Shown here piece after piece: positions 1-59,011 of a stretch of 64,000 nt of DNA (position 1 is its first letter; each line of letters starts with the position of its first letter). This DNA is from Lingula anatina (taxonomy: Eukaryota > Animalia > Brachiopoda). Both the position numbers and the translations under genes were made by a program. The stretch lies in NCBI GenBank assembly GCA_051362555.1, contig CM120641.1, positions 11,284,001-11,348,000 of the forward strand, in the 5' to 3' direction. The notes beneath the pieces were generated by a model, which saw nothing but the letters and a program-made list of their open reading frames with translations, did no database searches and was not told where the DNA came from.

Positions 1-441
1 TTCGAATTAAAATATTTGTTTTTAACCCCAGAACTATTAAGTTTTATTAAAATTTAAAGAATGCTTTAACAATAAAATATTTTAGTCAAACAATGTGAAC
101 AAACTGCAAAATATACATTGCTATTAAAATAATACTAATAATAGACCCTACAAAGTAAACCTGTCAGTGAAAACTATATTCTGTGACCCTGGTAAAAGGT
201 GTACGGTAAAAGACAACATGGGGGCCATCCAGAATAGAAGATTCGAGTATCAACTGGTCCAAAGCTCAAATATGGCGGACCCTACATGAAAGGAAGACCG
301 CTTAATCCTGTAATGGTCTCTCCGCCTCTCACACGCCTCCCCACGCGCCTGGTCGAATTTTAAATTACTGGGACGACGCGTGGGGAAGCGTGTGAGAGAA
401 CTGCAGGACGTCAAAAATCCTTCATTCATCCTCACCCTTAC

Positions 442-496
442 CTCCATCCTTGATTAACGAACCTGGAGATCCAGTTTTCTGCAGTTTTGAACTCAT
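442..496 (-). CDS. Possible first coding exon of an unidentified downstream gene
   Basis: ATG at 496-494, MSSKLQKTGSPGSLIKDG, then a strong donor GAG|GTAAGG at 442/441; no recognisable homology. Confidence 0.35.
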
Positions 497-1239
497 TTCG
501 TTTTGCATGTTAATACAACGCACATAGATTTTAATAATGAATGCTGTTTATCACATAGAAGCGCCACTGAAACTGTTGTGAAGTGTCCTCATCCTCTACC
601 TTAGCCCTCCCCATCCCGACCTCCTTATCAGTAAGAAAAATTAAATGCGTAGTTACTACCAAGGTAACTGTTTATTCTAATATTGTATTGCACAAAAAGT
701 TTCACTCTGAAATAAAAAAAATTATGTAACCAAATTTCAGCAAGGCTCTCCAGTACATCTGTCATTATTTGAGGAAAACAAATACATGTACTAGTATTTT
801 GAAGTAAGAGGTAAAATAATCAACTGCAGCAGAAAGTCACTTTCTTGTCTTAAACAGATCTGACTGTACAAATGTTGTAGCACAGTAAGTTTATAGTAGA
901 GTTGAATAAAGAAGAGGTCCCATCTTATACGTTCTTCGAATCAACCGAATTTCAAACTACGCCAACAGTTAAGTATTCAATAAGTTTCATCTAAAATATT
1001 TGTATCATACTCAAAGCCCTGTTGGCAGGACTCATACGTAAATTAATTATGGAATTTCTCAATCATTACTGGCTCAATATACCTTATTTGGTGCAGCGTG
1101 TATCTATATACACTACTGACGAGAAAAAACTCTTTAGCGGGATATTTGTATTCCAAGATTCACAGACCGAAGAATGACGGCCTTCATGTTTCAATACGAA
1201 AAAAAAAAACGGAAAATCGAACAGTCGTGAACGGCAAAT

Positions 1240-1470
1240 ATGTATATTAAAATGGCGACGTACCTCTCTGGGATATAAATATCAAAGTGTAAGTTGCTGT
1301 TTTTGCTGAGAAATAAGTCCCACGGGGCCGTTGTTGTGGTTGGTTGCTGCTGACGTTGGATACAACCGTTACTTTACGTCACAGTGATTGACGTCGACGT
1401 CAATGACGTGGGGATGCTTGACCAAAATGGCGGAACAAAGATATTATGTAAATTTGCAAATTGCCATGTA
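1240..1470 (-). promoter_or_regulatory. CpG-rich promoter and probable non-coding first exon of a downstream minus-strand gene
   Basis: Clustered CRE/ATF motifs (TTACGTCA 1374-1381, palindrome 1387-1404, TGACGTGG 1404-1411), YY1-type AAAATGGCG at about 1250 and 1424, and a strong donor GAG|GTACGT at 1264/1263. Confidence 0.55.
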
Positions 1471-1781
1471 AATCAGCATGGAAGTTCATGTAAGCACTCC
1501 TAGTTATGTATTCTGATATGTATTATATAAAGTTGATGCACACTAAAATCAGGTTATAAGTTCGCGGGGGAGGGGGGTGTACGTGGGAGTTAGATGTACT
1601 ACGAATGATTTTCTTCATGATAAAACATTGAAAGGTTGGACACTAGATCACACCAACGTTAGTTATTATTATCCATTCATCATCAAATAAACAAATCATA
1701 AAGAGGAGCAGATAGAAATGAAGTAAGAAGCACCATGGTTTGCAAGATCTTAATGAACTTGGATTAAAAACTGTAAAAAGT

Positions 1782-1787
1782 TTTATT
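1782..1787 (-). terminator. Candidate polyadenylation signal AATAAA
   Basis: tttatt on the plus strand, just before the next CpG-rich promoter. Confidence 0.45.
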
Positions 1788-3752
1788 GGCAAAATCTGAC
1801 ATGAATTATTATACATGATTTTAAAGACTGCAGCAGTGCTATAACTGTAAACGATCTCTTCTATATTTATAATGCACACCATTTCCATAGAATTAAAAAG
1901 CGTTCGCCAAGAAAAATAATAATGAACTAAGAGAATAATGTGATGCAAAGTATCAATGTCGTCTTTCAGACAAAGCTCAAGACTTCGGTGTTTGAATTTA
2001 GATTGTCGAAGCAAGTGAAAAGAGATATTAATTTGATCAGTGTATCTGTATTCTATAATGCTCCTACATTCAATGCAAAATAAAGCTACGGATTTCACTT
2101 GCTCTAAGCTTGCAGAAAAATTACATAACATGCAGATATGAAATGCTATCATAATTTGATTATGTTTTGCAACAAATACAACAAGAATACAATACCTATA
2201 CATGGTCAGTGTTGCAGCAGGTTTTCTTTGCAGAAAGACAGTTGGCTAAACACAATAACCTCAATATAACTTCAATGTAACCTGACCAGTAGTCCCAACT
2301 TAAAAAACTGTCAGGCACTGCATTAGGCAAAGTATTTACATGAACACATACATTATTGTGGGAAATCTCTCAAGTTGAGACATCATTCATACATTAATGC
2401 TTCAAAAAATGTAAGAGTAGCTGAATTTTATAACCAAAACTCAAGACAACATTTGATAAAGTTCATTCCACAAGAAAGTGCCATGTCAGTACTGCACACA
2501 TTTTGTGTAATATTTGCACAACTGATTTCTCTTTTTTTAAATTACTGTTGATTTCTGGCAATATTGGAGTGCACTACACCATAAAACAGGGAAATTTATG
2601 GTCAAGTCAAAATCACTTAATCATTTAACAAAATGTGTGCTTCACTGACACAACTCTAATGTTCACTTTTTGTGCAATGGCCCATTAATAATAATGTGAT
2701 TTTTTTTCATCGATTATTTCAAGATTCAACCAAAATGTAACATTCTAGTATCATGAAGAGAATACCTACATATGCCATAACTTGAGGAAAACAAGCAGTT
2801 TGTAATGAGGAGGTATGAAATCAAATCTAGCACCAAGTCATTTTCTTAGCTTTAAAAATCCCTGCTATCCACAGCACAATTGTTGCAGCATACAATGCAA
2901 TAACTGACAAAATGCCAAACATTTACACAGCAAGAGGCAGCTGAAGTAATTAGAGGTAGAAGATACATTGTCACTTATTATAACTGTTTTGTTCAAAGAA
3001 TGAGAATCTATACTGTATTCATTGTATACTGTATTGAAACTGGACCTTAAAAAATTCGGAAAATGGAAGCACCAAAGGCACACAGCTCTATATGGGAAGG
3101 GGGGGTCTAGAGGGCATAAATACTACCCCTAAATATCCAGATAAATTGGGAAGACTTTAATCTCTATGTAATAGCCAGGGATACAATTTCCAAGGGAAAC
3201 AGAACTGCTTCATAAGTCAATAGCCTAGAGAGAATAAATAATACCACTGTACAATTATACATATATGTATAAGCTAATCTTTCAAATGTAAGTAGACTTA
3301 AAAACTAATCATTTCTAATATATATATATATATATTTATATATAAATATTTACACAATTTAAGCATGGGCAAAATAAACTGCAAATATACAAGTTAATGT
3401 TCAGCTGCTATATGCAAAAAGCAAAGTAAAACATTCAAATCATTACAAAGGCTAACCCTATACTATGAAGTATAAATCTCTAAAAAGCTTGTGCAGCATT
3501 ATAAATATTGGTATACAATAAATTGCATTGTTTAAAATGCTCTGCCATTTATAGAAGACAATATACAGGATTTAGATATATTTAATCATTGCTTTCATCT
3601 TCAGTAATAATGACACTAGTGACATAGGCAAGAAAGCTAGGGTTTTATATGCAAAAAGAGCAGATTAATTTAATCACCTATGAATATCATTGTAATATCT
3701 GTTAAACTAATACAAAGGCAACATAATTAAAGCTGCATTACAGTGTTTTGGA

Positions 3753-3860
3753 CAATTCCATCTTTGTTTCACTTGCCCCCAAACCTCATACAATTTCATC
3801 TTTGTTTCACTTGTCACCAAACCTCATACAATTTCATCTTTGTTTCACTTGTCACCCAAC
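3753..3860. repeat. 38-bp tandem repeat, about 2.8 copies, in the 3'UTR
   Basis: caatt(t/c)catctttgtttcacttg(t/c)c(a/c)ccaaacctcata starting at 3753, 3791 and 3829. Confidence 0.9.
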
Positions 3861-4355
3861 CAAAATCTGGCTGATTTTACTGTCACTGTTAATGTTGTCA
3901 TAGAAATGAGTAATAACAATCTTTGGAAGATGCTGAAGCATGCTTTTCACTGAGTATTAAATAACGTTTTCTAAGTTCCATATCCAGATTTTGCACCACA
4001 TCTCATCTGCTGAATACTAAATATTCAAACCACCACATTTTCTAATTTGCATAAAGCAAGATAATAATTTTCCATAAAGTTGCTCTCATTAAGTCAGACA
4101 GGCCTTATATCATATGAAATTATCAAAACCTATATAAAAACATTTTGGTAAAGGCAAAGATATAACAATTATATATTATTAATAAATGCATTTCAACAGT
4201 GTATCAAACACCTTCCTGTATATACTGGTTAAATTCACTTTGAGCTTTTGTATCCAGATGAGTTTGTTAATTATTGTATACACTATTCACCAGAACTATG
4301 ACAGCTTCGACGTGGTGCTGTCCCAAGAATCTCGCACCAAAATGGCTACTAACTC

Positions 4356-49581
<45,226 letters not shown>

Positions 49582-52500
49582 CTGAAACAAAGAAAGTATA
49601 AATATACATAACATGTTTCAGCAATTACATGTGATCTTTTCTGATAAAAATGGTCAAAACCATTTATTTCAATATACATATTTCAAGAAATTCATAAATA
49701 GATGCCATGAAAAAAAAATTAAAATCTTTTGTGAAATGTTGATAATTAGAAGAACACATCAACTATTAACCATAACTCAATATGTTTAGCTCAAACTAAA
49801 AATACATTAATCAGCAAAGCTTCAAATGATGTTTGTGGGTTTTCTTATGTCAACTGGTAATAAAAAAGCACTGCCTAATTATCTCTAATGGCAGACTTCG
49901 TGTCATGTGTCATAAAGTTTTTTAATAGACAATTCTGAACATTTAATGACCATGAAAATCTTTGCCACTGTGGCTAAGTGTAGCACTACCATGAGCCAAC
50001 TGACATTAATAGGGGCTCTTTGAAGTCCCTCATTTGAAGTATGTTTCAAGCAGGCAACTTCTCTGAAGCAGGTTACTATGAAGGCAAAAGACACAATTGC
50101 CTATGCCAGCAGTGGACCTGATACAGAGCAAAACATTTGTTCAGAATTAGAACCACTTCCGAATTTTTTGGTTGACCTGACTTGTTTTTCTTCCCCATAT
50201 CTGATTATAGAATCTGAAGAACAACTCCATCAGACATTTCAAATTGGTTAAATTTGATGATTGCTATCTTAAGTGTAAGTTTAAGTGAAACTGAAGTCAG
50301 CATACATTAGCATGCACAACACTGAGAGTGTTAGTCAGACAGAAGAGTCCTTATAAAAACACTAATTACGAAAGTAAAAAACAAATGTTTTCTTTTTTTA
50401 CATTTGAACAACAGGTGCTGGCTTCTTAACACTGAAATCTTAATCTCCCCAAAGACCAAAAGGTATTTGCTGGACCAAACTGTATATTATTTCGAACTGC
50501 AGACTGTCTAATATGGAGTTGATTGAAATGTTGAGTTTTTTTCACACATTAACTGCACAGCAACTGGAATGAAGCTGGTCCTTGTTTATTTCTCTCACAG
50601 CTGGTCAGCTTAATAGCCAACAGCTATCAACTGAATCAAGTAAATATTCTTCAGGTCTAGAAGTTCTAGACCATGGATTCTTTGAGTTTTCTACAGGATT
50701 AAGAAGGTAATCATTTCTATACATTCTTACCCTTGAGATCCCCCCTCATAGATATGTCTACATTATGTGTACAAAACAGATTGCATACCAAAGTCCAAGG
50801 CTAAAGTTGTCAGACAATATCTTTCATGAACAAGCACAATGCCGTCAATTTCACACAATTTGTTGACACCACACTAAAGACATATTTGAAAAATTTAAAG
50901 TTCATCTAAATAACGTACTCCCTCGTGCATTAGAAACTCATCAAATATGATCAGTCTGCACAAAAAATGTCCCTTGAGTTCAGAGGATTTCTGTAATGAT
51001 TCATGTCACTTTGTCTTTGTATACAGTAAATATCCTTCAAAGTTAAGAGGTTGGCTCTGATTATTTAAGCCATCTTAGTGCTAAAAGAAGGATTAATATG
51101 ACTCAAGTCATTCTGTGAAAAGATTCCTTGGAGTAAAAGAAATATAATACTGATCCCATTCATTTTGTGTACATGTTCCTCAGAGTTAAAAGCATGACTG
51201 TGGTGAAGTCCCACTTAAAGCCGAAAGAGCAGGTGCTCTGCACACCTGACAGTCAGGACATACTATCCAGATGACCAGATGGTCAGTAACCGTCCACACA
51301 AACCTGGTGAGGTATGATATGCTGACGGGCATTCATTTTGGGATAGGTAACTTAACTCAGTGGTGGACTTGGAGAGCAGATGTTATGTTATAATGGGTCA
51401 CAGGCAATCCTAATATAAGATTTTGTTTCTTATTTAGTAAAAGAGTGAATCCATTAATTTGCACTGTTCAGGATACATTTTCCTGTCTTGATTCAGGTTT
51501 CACTCACTGCTGTCAATTTATTCAATTATTGTCATTGTAAAATTGCTTTCAAAGCAGTTGTTTGTTTATTTTTATGACAGACTTGATGTGACTACCTGGG
51601 CTGAGCAAACCATCCTTTCATTTCTAAACACAACTTGTGTCTCACTCAGCCAAGGGTAAACATTTTGTTGTTAAGAAGATACAAATTAACCACCATTACT
51701 TACATTCCAAATCAATTTCTCAGTTACAAAAACATTTTGAAAGACATTTCCAAAACAAGATGGTCAAATCTAACCTCCCACATTGAACCCAGCATCTTCA
51801 TGATAAAATGTCCAGGTTAGACATTAAATGTTAAAAAATAGCAACAAATATAAATTGTTTATCATACATGCTTTCACTCATGAAATAGCTGGCATTCTAT
51901 AATCTATGGGAGCACAGTAACAGAGCCTGTTAGTTTATAATAAATCTATAATGTAAAAGCACAGATGCACAGATGAGGATTCTCCTGGGCTAACACACAT
52001 TACTTTTCCTGAGCATCTGTGAATGTGGATTCAGACCACCAGCAGAAGACCTCTGAAACATAATTCCCTTCACATGGGTCAACAACTCCACTGATAACTG
52101 ACAATGTCTCTTCCTGTTTCCCAATACAGGATCACATGGCAAGAAAAAATGCTAAAGAAAAAAATTCAAATGCCCATGCCCAGTTTGTTTAACAGAGACA
52201 TAACTAAGTATCCATTACCTCTCTTGCCTAAAGCAATACTACAGAAAACTGAATAGTTTCAAAGATGGTCATTATAGCATTTAATTGAAAAGCTTGATTT
52301 CTTTGAGTAACTATGGCTGACTGCATAGCTGGTTTCCTGCAGTAAAATACTGCATATCTGTTATCACTACTTTCTAATATTCCTTCCATAAAAAATGCAT
52401 TGAAAAGAAAAATATTTACTATTTATGTTTCTACTACAAAAGACCAGACTTGCAGTAGACCTTGGCTGAAGAAAACATGTTATACATAGCAGATTGAAAA

Positions 52501-54277
52501 AAGACATGACTTCTCCTTTAACACCTCGGTAACAAAGGATATCCACTGGACTCAATCAGAAGGGTAAATGCAGAGGTGTGCCTGACATGTTTTTACAAAT
52601 CAAACAATCATGTGGGTGCCTCTTAAAACACGCTGCCGGCAATTGAACCGACCACTCACCTCAGCTTAACCACAATACAAAACCTGGATCACAATTCTAA
52701 GTGAGAACATCCGATCACCTTAGATCACCTCTATTACTGTACCTGGGTGTCATTTACATGTATGTAAAATGTCTTGCACAAATATACCAGTATTCAAACT
52801 AGCATCTTCAACATGACATGGAACTAATAAATATCTGAATCTCCAGGATAAGCTTGAGATGAATGTGTATTCTTAACAGAATTCTCACTGCACAACCAAG
52901 GCAGGTGACTTTTTTTTCTGGATTTTTAAGTATTCTAACTATATATGACTAATATTGCATATTTTGATGCATCATGTGCTGAGGAAAATGAATTTTATCT
53001 GCTTTCTTCTATGTCCTACAAGTACAGATCTGGGGAAATATACCAACTATGTCATAAGTTTCTGCCCTGGAAGCTAGTCAGATAGGTTTTTTTCATCCTT
53101 TCATGTGCAAGCTATAGGGCATAATTATAAGAAACATACAACCTTCAGTAGTAGCTGGAATGAAAAACTTTTTTAGCGCCAGCAACATGCTGTTATTATG
53201 AGATATACTTTACATTGCAGTCGTCATGTTCACAGTGGATGTCAGGGAAGTGACATTACAGAAAGTCTGCCCACCATTCCAACCACATCATATACAGGTA
53301 CACACAATGCCTGAATGCCCCTCAGCAAACTGCCGCCTTCACTAACATCCCTTCATTCTGATCAAAATGAAGTGCTAACATCAAACTATAATCTTTACCT
53401 ACAACAAGTTTATTCACCTCAAAATCAGTATACCTGTGATTTTCTTAAAATGATCCATCAATGTCTAAATTATAGATTCCAGTAGAGCAAACATTTTCAA
53501 TAAAACATGTTCTGACTTTTTAAACTGATCCAAAAATGTCAAAAAGAAATGCATCACTAAGTCTCAAATTGAAATGACTGAAGAAAAGTCAAAGAAAGAA
53601 ACATTTCCAACGCTGTGAGGCCTGTAATAAAATGCAATGTGATGATTCTTAGCTTCCAATAAAAGGCAACAGGATCCAGCACAAGGCTCTACTTACCACC
53701 TGTGGGGAAACCAACATCAGACTTTGTTTCTTCAACTGATAAACCGAACCTAGCTAAACCCAATGTTTTTACTAGAAAAGCTGTTACATTTATTTTATAA
53801 ACAAATACTAATAGCCATAATACTCAGTACATATGATTCTTCATAATTTTCTTTTTAAGGTACTGAGACACAAACACAAGAAGGTATCACCCTGCTGGAA
53901 TCAGTCCTCAAAGTCAACCTGCACCGCCAATCAAGTTAAATGAATACTGGTACTGTATAAGAATAGTATGTCACATTGGGGGAAAAGATTATGAATAAAT
54001 CAGGATGGGTGGAAAGGTTGAAGCAATTTGACCTGTACCCTCAAATCTTTTTATTGTATCTTCTTAGTAAAATGGAATGTACTAGATGGCACTGGCTTTT
54101 TTATACCACTTTACAGGTAATCTGACAAATGTAGGAATGTGGAGCAAGACATGCTTTGCATTTCCTTGACGAAACAGATATATGGGAATACCTGCAAGGT
54201 CTTTTGCTATTTCTCTGCAAATATCCAAAACAAGAAAATATTTACCATACAAAATTTTTACAAAAATGTCGTAAGTA

Positions 54278-54446
54278 CAGGCCCGTAGCCAGCAATTTCA
54301 AAAAGGGGGGTTCTTTTTCTGAAAAATTGGACCTTTTCCCATAAAAACTGCATGTACCTAGATCAAATTTTACCCAGAGTGGACCTTTTCCCAGCAAAAG
54401 GGGCGGTTCTTTCGTTCCCCCCAAACCCCCCCTGGCTACGGGTCTG
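54278..54446 (+). mobile_element. Short MITE (about 170 bp), family copy A
   Basis: TIRs CAGGCCCGTAGCCAG and CTGGCTACGGGTCTG; 6-bp direct repeat TAAGTA at 54272-54277 and 54447-54452. Confidence 0.85.
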
Positions 54447-57400
54447 TAAGTATTAACACAATATTTCTAGAAATATACCACTAAGCCTTACATATTATAC
54501 TGAAAACATATGGAAGCCTAAAGGTATTGGGATATAATATTTAAATGTTTCAAAGATAAAACCCTATTAACATAAAGGTTTCAGTTTTAATTCTATACAA
54601 AATATTCTTTGGGAAGAATTCTGAACATGTGCATGAGTTAATGCCTTTAAAAGGTATCTTTTGTAACCTCTGAATCTTTAGATTTAAAATGTGCAGTTTC
54701 GAACATGCAACAATATAAATAAGGGTTTCATGACTGATTAAACAAACAATTTCACACCCAGTTTAAGTCTAATGACAAAGCAGCACTGCTCAATACAGAG
54801 AATCAATCTCTGCACTGCTGAAATTAACAGATTTTGATGGGGAGGGCAATAGTTAAGTTCTCACATCTGTTAGCAGGTTATCAACTGTAAAAGTGTGTAA
54901 TATTACATGGCAGTATTCTTGTCATGCTTCTCTCCACATCATTTCACACTAAACCAGCCCCAGACAGACACAGTCAGCCCCTTGCTAGTCATCTGAGTAA
55001 TCAACTATGCTCAGAACATCCTCCCAAAGAGAGGCAAACTTTGTTATCTCAATGCCACTAAAAAAAAACAGGTGCTTGACTAATACAGGGACACAGTATG
55101 CTGGTGGGGATCAACTGAGACACAATAGAGCATTCACTGAGCACTGAGTTCCTTACCCAGTGTAACATGGTAGTCTGTTTTATGCTACTGTGCTGGGAAT
55201 GTGTTGTATCTGTTTGTTATCAGCACCAGCTGAGAAAAGTGGTTCCAAGTTTGCTCTACCTAATGGGGTTACAACAATATATCCAGTAGTACAAAAAAAA
55301 CATCCAGCTCCATCCAATCTGTTGCAAAAAGGGGACAAATGTACATTTTTTTCTTTTCTTTTTATTAGACAATCAGATGTTCAAAGAAATCTAATGTTAA
55401 AATGTTCTGATGCCTACAATTGCTTGAACACTGTACAAAAATACTGAGATTGTAGATGGGCAATAAACATTTTAACAGATAAGTAACAATTTTCAGGCCT
55501 CTAAAATCTAACCCTAGTAAATGTCAGATCTAATAAACATACAAACAAAAATACCAAGATAAGAAATTGTCTTTTATATATTTTTAGAAAAAATGTTAAT
55601 ATTCTTAAGCATGCAGCCAGGCATGACCCTAACACTAATGTCTTCAGGAATAACCGTTTTTAAAAAGTTGGGATTTGCTTTGCTCAGAAAAGTATTAATG
55701 TTCTTCTTTAACAGTGGGTAAATGAAGTAAGAAAATATTGGCCTTGAGGGAGAAGGATATTTTTTATAAGTCAAGTTGTATACATTATAAACTGAGCAGC
55801 CCTGGAAAGAAGGTGATTATTGTAAAGGACTTCTGAGTATATTCTTGTTAGCCTGGCTAAATCATCATTTAACAGCTGAAGTCTGAGCAATGACAAAGCA
55901 ACAGACAGCAAACACATCTGCAAACCATGCTATTGTACTCTGTCTATAAACAAAGGAGAGCACATGGGAAGCATACAATCAATCATTACCTAAAAAACCA
56001 CCAGAGCTTAAAATTAAGAAATTCTCCAGAATTCTCACGACCTTCCTCCATAATCTTTGACAAAAACGGAGCCATTTCCATCCACAGCTTTGTCTTTGTT
56101 TACTGTATTTCATATTCTGGACATTTTTTTCCTGGGCATCATTACTGTATGTTAGCTCTGATTGATTTCATCCTCTAGATCTATTTTGCAGACCACTACA
56201 CTAAAAGGGTCCCGAGAGTGCATGTGGCTTTCTCATACAGCGGGATATGTTAGGCAGTTTGTAATAACATTTTTGCTCCCTTCCTGACCACCTATAAATC
56301 TCCTCCTACAGTTAACACACGTTATGCCATCTTATGGGCACTTTGATACCCAGTAAAATGAAGAAATAACACATTAAGAAATTATTTATATCTTTGTGTT
56401 AGTAAACTCTCATTCTCCAGAGGAAAAAAAAACATGATGGAAATTAATGTCCTATATCATTCATGCCACCGGTAGTTTAAGTGAAGAGAAAAATTGATCA
56501 AAGACTGCAAGATTATATCGACACATGAGAAGGCTCCATGTCACAACTCAATGTGACGGCCTTATATCAGGTGCTTTAAGTTTGTACAAGAATACTCCTG
56601 GTCAAAAGCAAGCCCAATGGATATAATCACTGGTAATAAGTCAATCACACAAAGGGACACTGACTGGGAACTTATACTGGTGTGGTGGTGCAATTTAAGG
56701 ACATTGGCAGAGCAGACATCTGGGCTGATACACTGGGTTCTCAAGAATAAAATTTGCAACCAAATAACTGGCATATTCAGGCCAAATCAAAATGCTAAAA
56801 TATATCAAAGATAAAATTGGCTGAAATACTGTAACATATTTTACACTTCCCCAGCCAAATTAGACTATATTTAGCATTTGGCCTAAAGCTACCACACAGG
56901 ATGAACCCAAATAGAAATAATCATCTAGCTGATAGTCTTTCGAAGTTTATTCAGAAATAGATCATCCAGTAACAAAAGTCTCTTTTAAGAAAAATTCTGC
57001 TCATCTTTAAGAACCAAAAATGTCTGATGTTTGGTTCTGCCACTGCACAATAAAAAGTATCCCAAAATAGTTTATTGCAGACATTTCAAGTTTAATACTC
57101 ATTAGCTGAGAGGAAGATTAAGGAGGCTGTCAAGAGGATGGGACATGTTAGTCACAGTAGCAAGCCTCCGCCCTTAACCCAGTTGTCCTGGATGATGAGG
57201 CCAAAAAGGTGTAAGCAAACCCAATTATAACATATGAAAATAAAGTATACAGACTTAATGGTAGTCTGCTTTAGAAAGGTTGAAAGTATCAGCAGGGTCC
57301 GGGAGATCACATGCCCCCGATATATACACATGCTTTGCACCTTAGAAGTACCTTACGTGACATTCCAGTGCACTGCTGCAGAACCAAATTAACCCTTTAA

Positions 57401-59011
57401 ATATGAGAAATAAACTGCCCTTTTCTCACACTGCCTCAAGCTACATGTAACAAATTTCTATGTCAGACAAGGTTTAATTTTCAAATAAACCACACAGCAG
57501 CACTAAAGCCTGTATCCTATCCTCAGAAATATAACAGTGACTATTTTCAATTTAAAATTGTGTGCATACAAGCAGACCACATAACCATATGTAGTAATAT
57601 TCTAACCAGGTAAATGCAAACAATTTTTACTCCAAATCCTCCCTGTGGTCAGTAAGTATCTGATCTTTTTTAATGATTACTTCCGCAGCTGTGTGGGTAG
57701 AATCCATTTATCTTTTAACTTCTGCATTCTTTAATCAGCTATTTTAACAGGAAATAGCAGACTGCATTGACATACTCAACAGAATCCACATTGGGAGATG
57801 TTTTCATTTTGATCTGCACAAGTGGTCAACCCTACGTGAAACATAAGCTCACAATTTACGTCCCACAAGGTAAACTTTGTAATTCCTGGAGGTCTTGGAA
57901 CCTGCCTGAACTCTCAGAACTCTAGGAATTAAGCACTAAACAGTTTGACCATCTGCTGGCATGGAAAGGCGTAGTTTTTATGGTGTCCATTTTACTAAAT
58001 TAGGGAACAACAAGGGTCTAGAGGGTTTTTATTCAGTCTTAGAGTAGTCTCCTCCAGGAAAGGAATTGTACATGTAGTAAAAAAGAAAAATGTCCATTAA
58101 CTCAACTTTGCATGGATCATTTTCTCTAGTTGAAGAATGATAAGTTACAGCCCATGAAGTTTGACAGCATGTTATGATTCAGATGTTTTTACATATTGTA
58201 CATTATCAGTCATGCTTAAACTACTTTTATGAGTTAGCTCTTTATCAAAAAGGTCAAAAATATGAAACGGATACAAATAAATAAGGACTTTCTATAACAC
58301 GAATGGGGATCAAAATGATTTTTTAAAGTATCCTCGACATACAGAATCAAATTCTCATCATAAATTTAGCATCTATTTAGTGCACAGTCAGTAATGTGCT
58401 TGGACACTAGACATTAGCAGCCAGAGAGGTTCTGGAGGGCAGAGGCACAGAGTGAATGGCCTAACACCTAATTACACTGTCTGGAGCAGTCAGGTCAGCC
58501 AGCACAAGACACATTGCTCTGATTCCACTGCACAGAACAAGAATACTAAATGGCACATCATCACAGTGGAATACTTATATAGTCACATTCACAAGTACTA
58601 GTAGACTAACTTTTTAGAATACTTGGCATAGTTTTAAATCGTTGTCAGATTAAACTGATTCAGCATTACAAAGTTAGTCTAGTTGTAGACACCAATAATG
58701 TTTTCTTATAAAAGAGATATTGCCAAATCAATAAGACAAGATGGCGTGTTTTGATTCCCTGCTACATAACAGTGCACTGATTCATTCTCATTACAGTCAG
58801 TAGATTAGGCACTACTTTCACACCTGAGTGACTTCTAACTGGCACATCAAGTCAGGGGCAAATCTAGCTGCTGTTCCTTACAGCAGGAGACAAATTATCT
58901 AATTATCTTAATGGGGTCTCACCTCCCATAAAGCACCAAATTATTCCCTCAAGACTCAGTGAAGACTGGTCACTGGCTACTGTGTTCAGGGTGACTACGC
59001 ATGTACTCCAC

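Larger units (their letters stand above)
1765..4355 (-). other. Probable multiplexin 3'UTR
   Basis: AU-rich sequence after the stop codon. The first minus-strand AATAAA I found is at 1782-1787, with ATTAAA variants earlier. The end position is inferred. Confidence 0.5.

Noticed and set aside
1643-2203. 186-aa minus-strand ORF
   Set aside because: No recognisable domain; composition typical of AT-rich non-coding DNA; lies in the inferred 3'UTR
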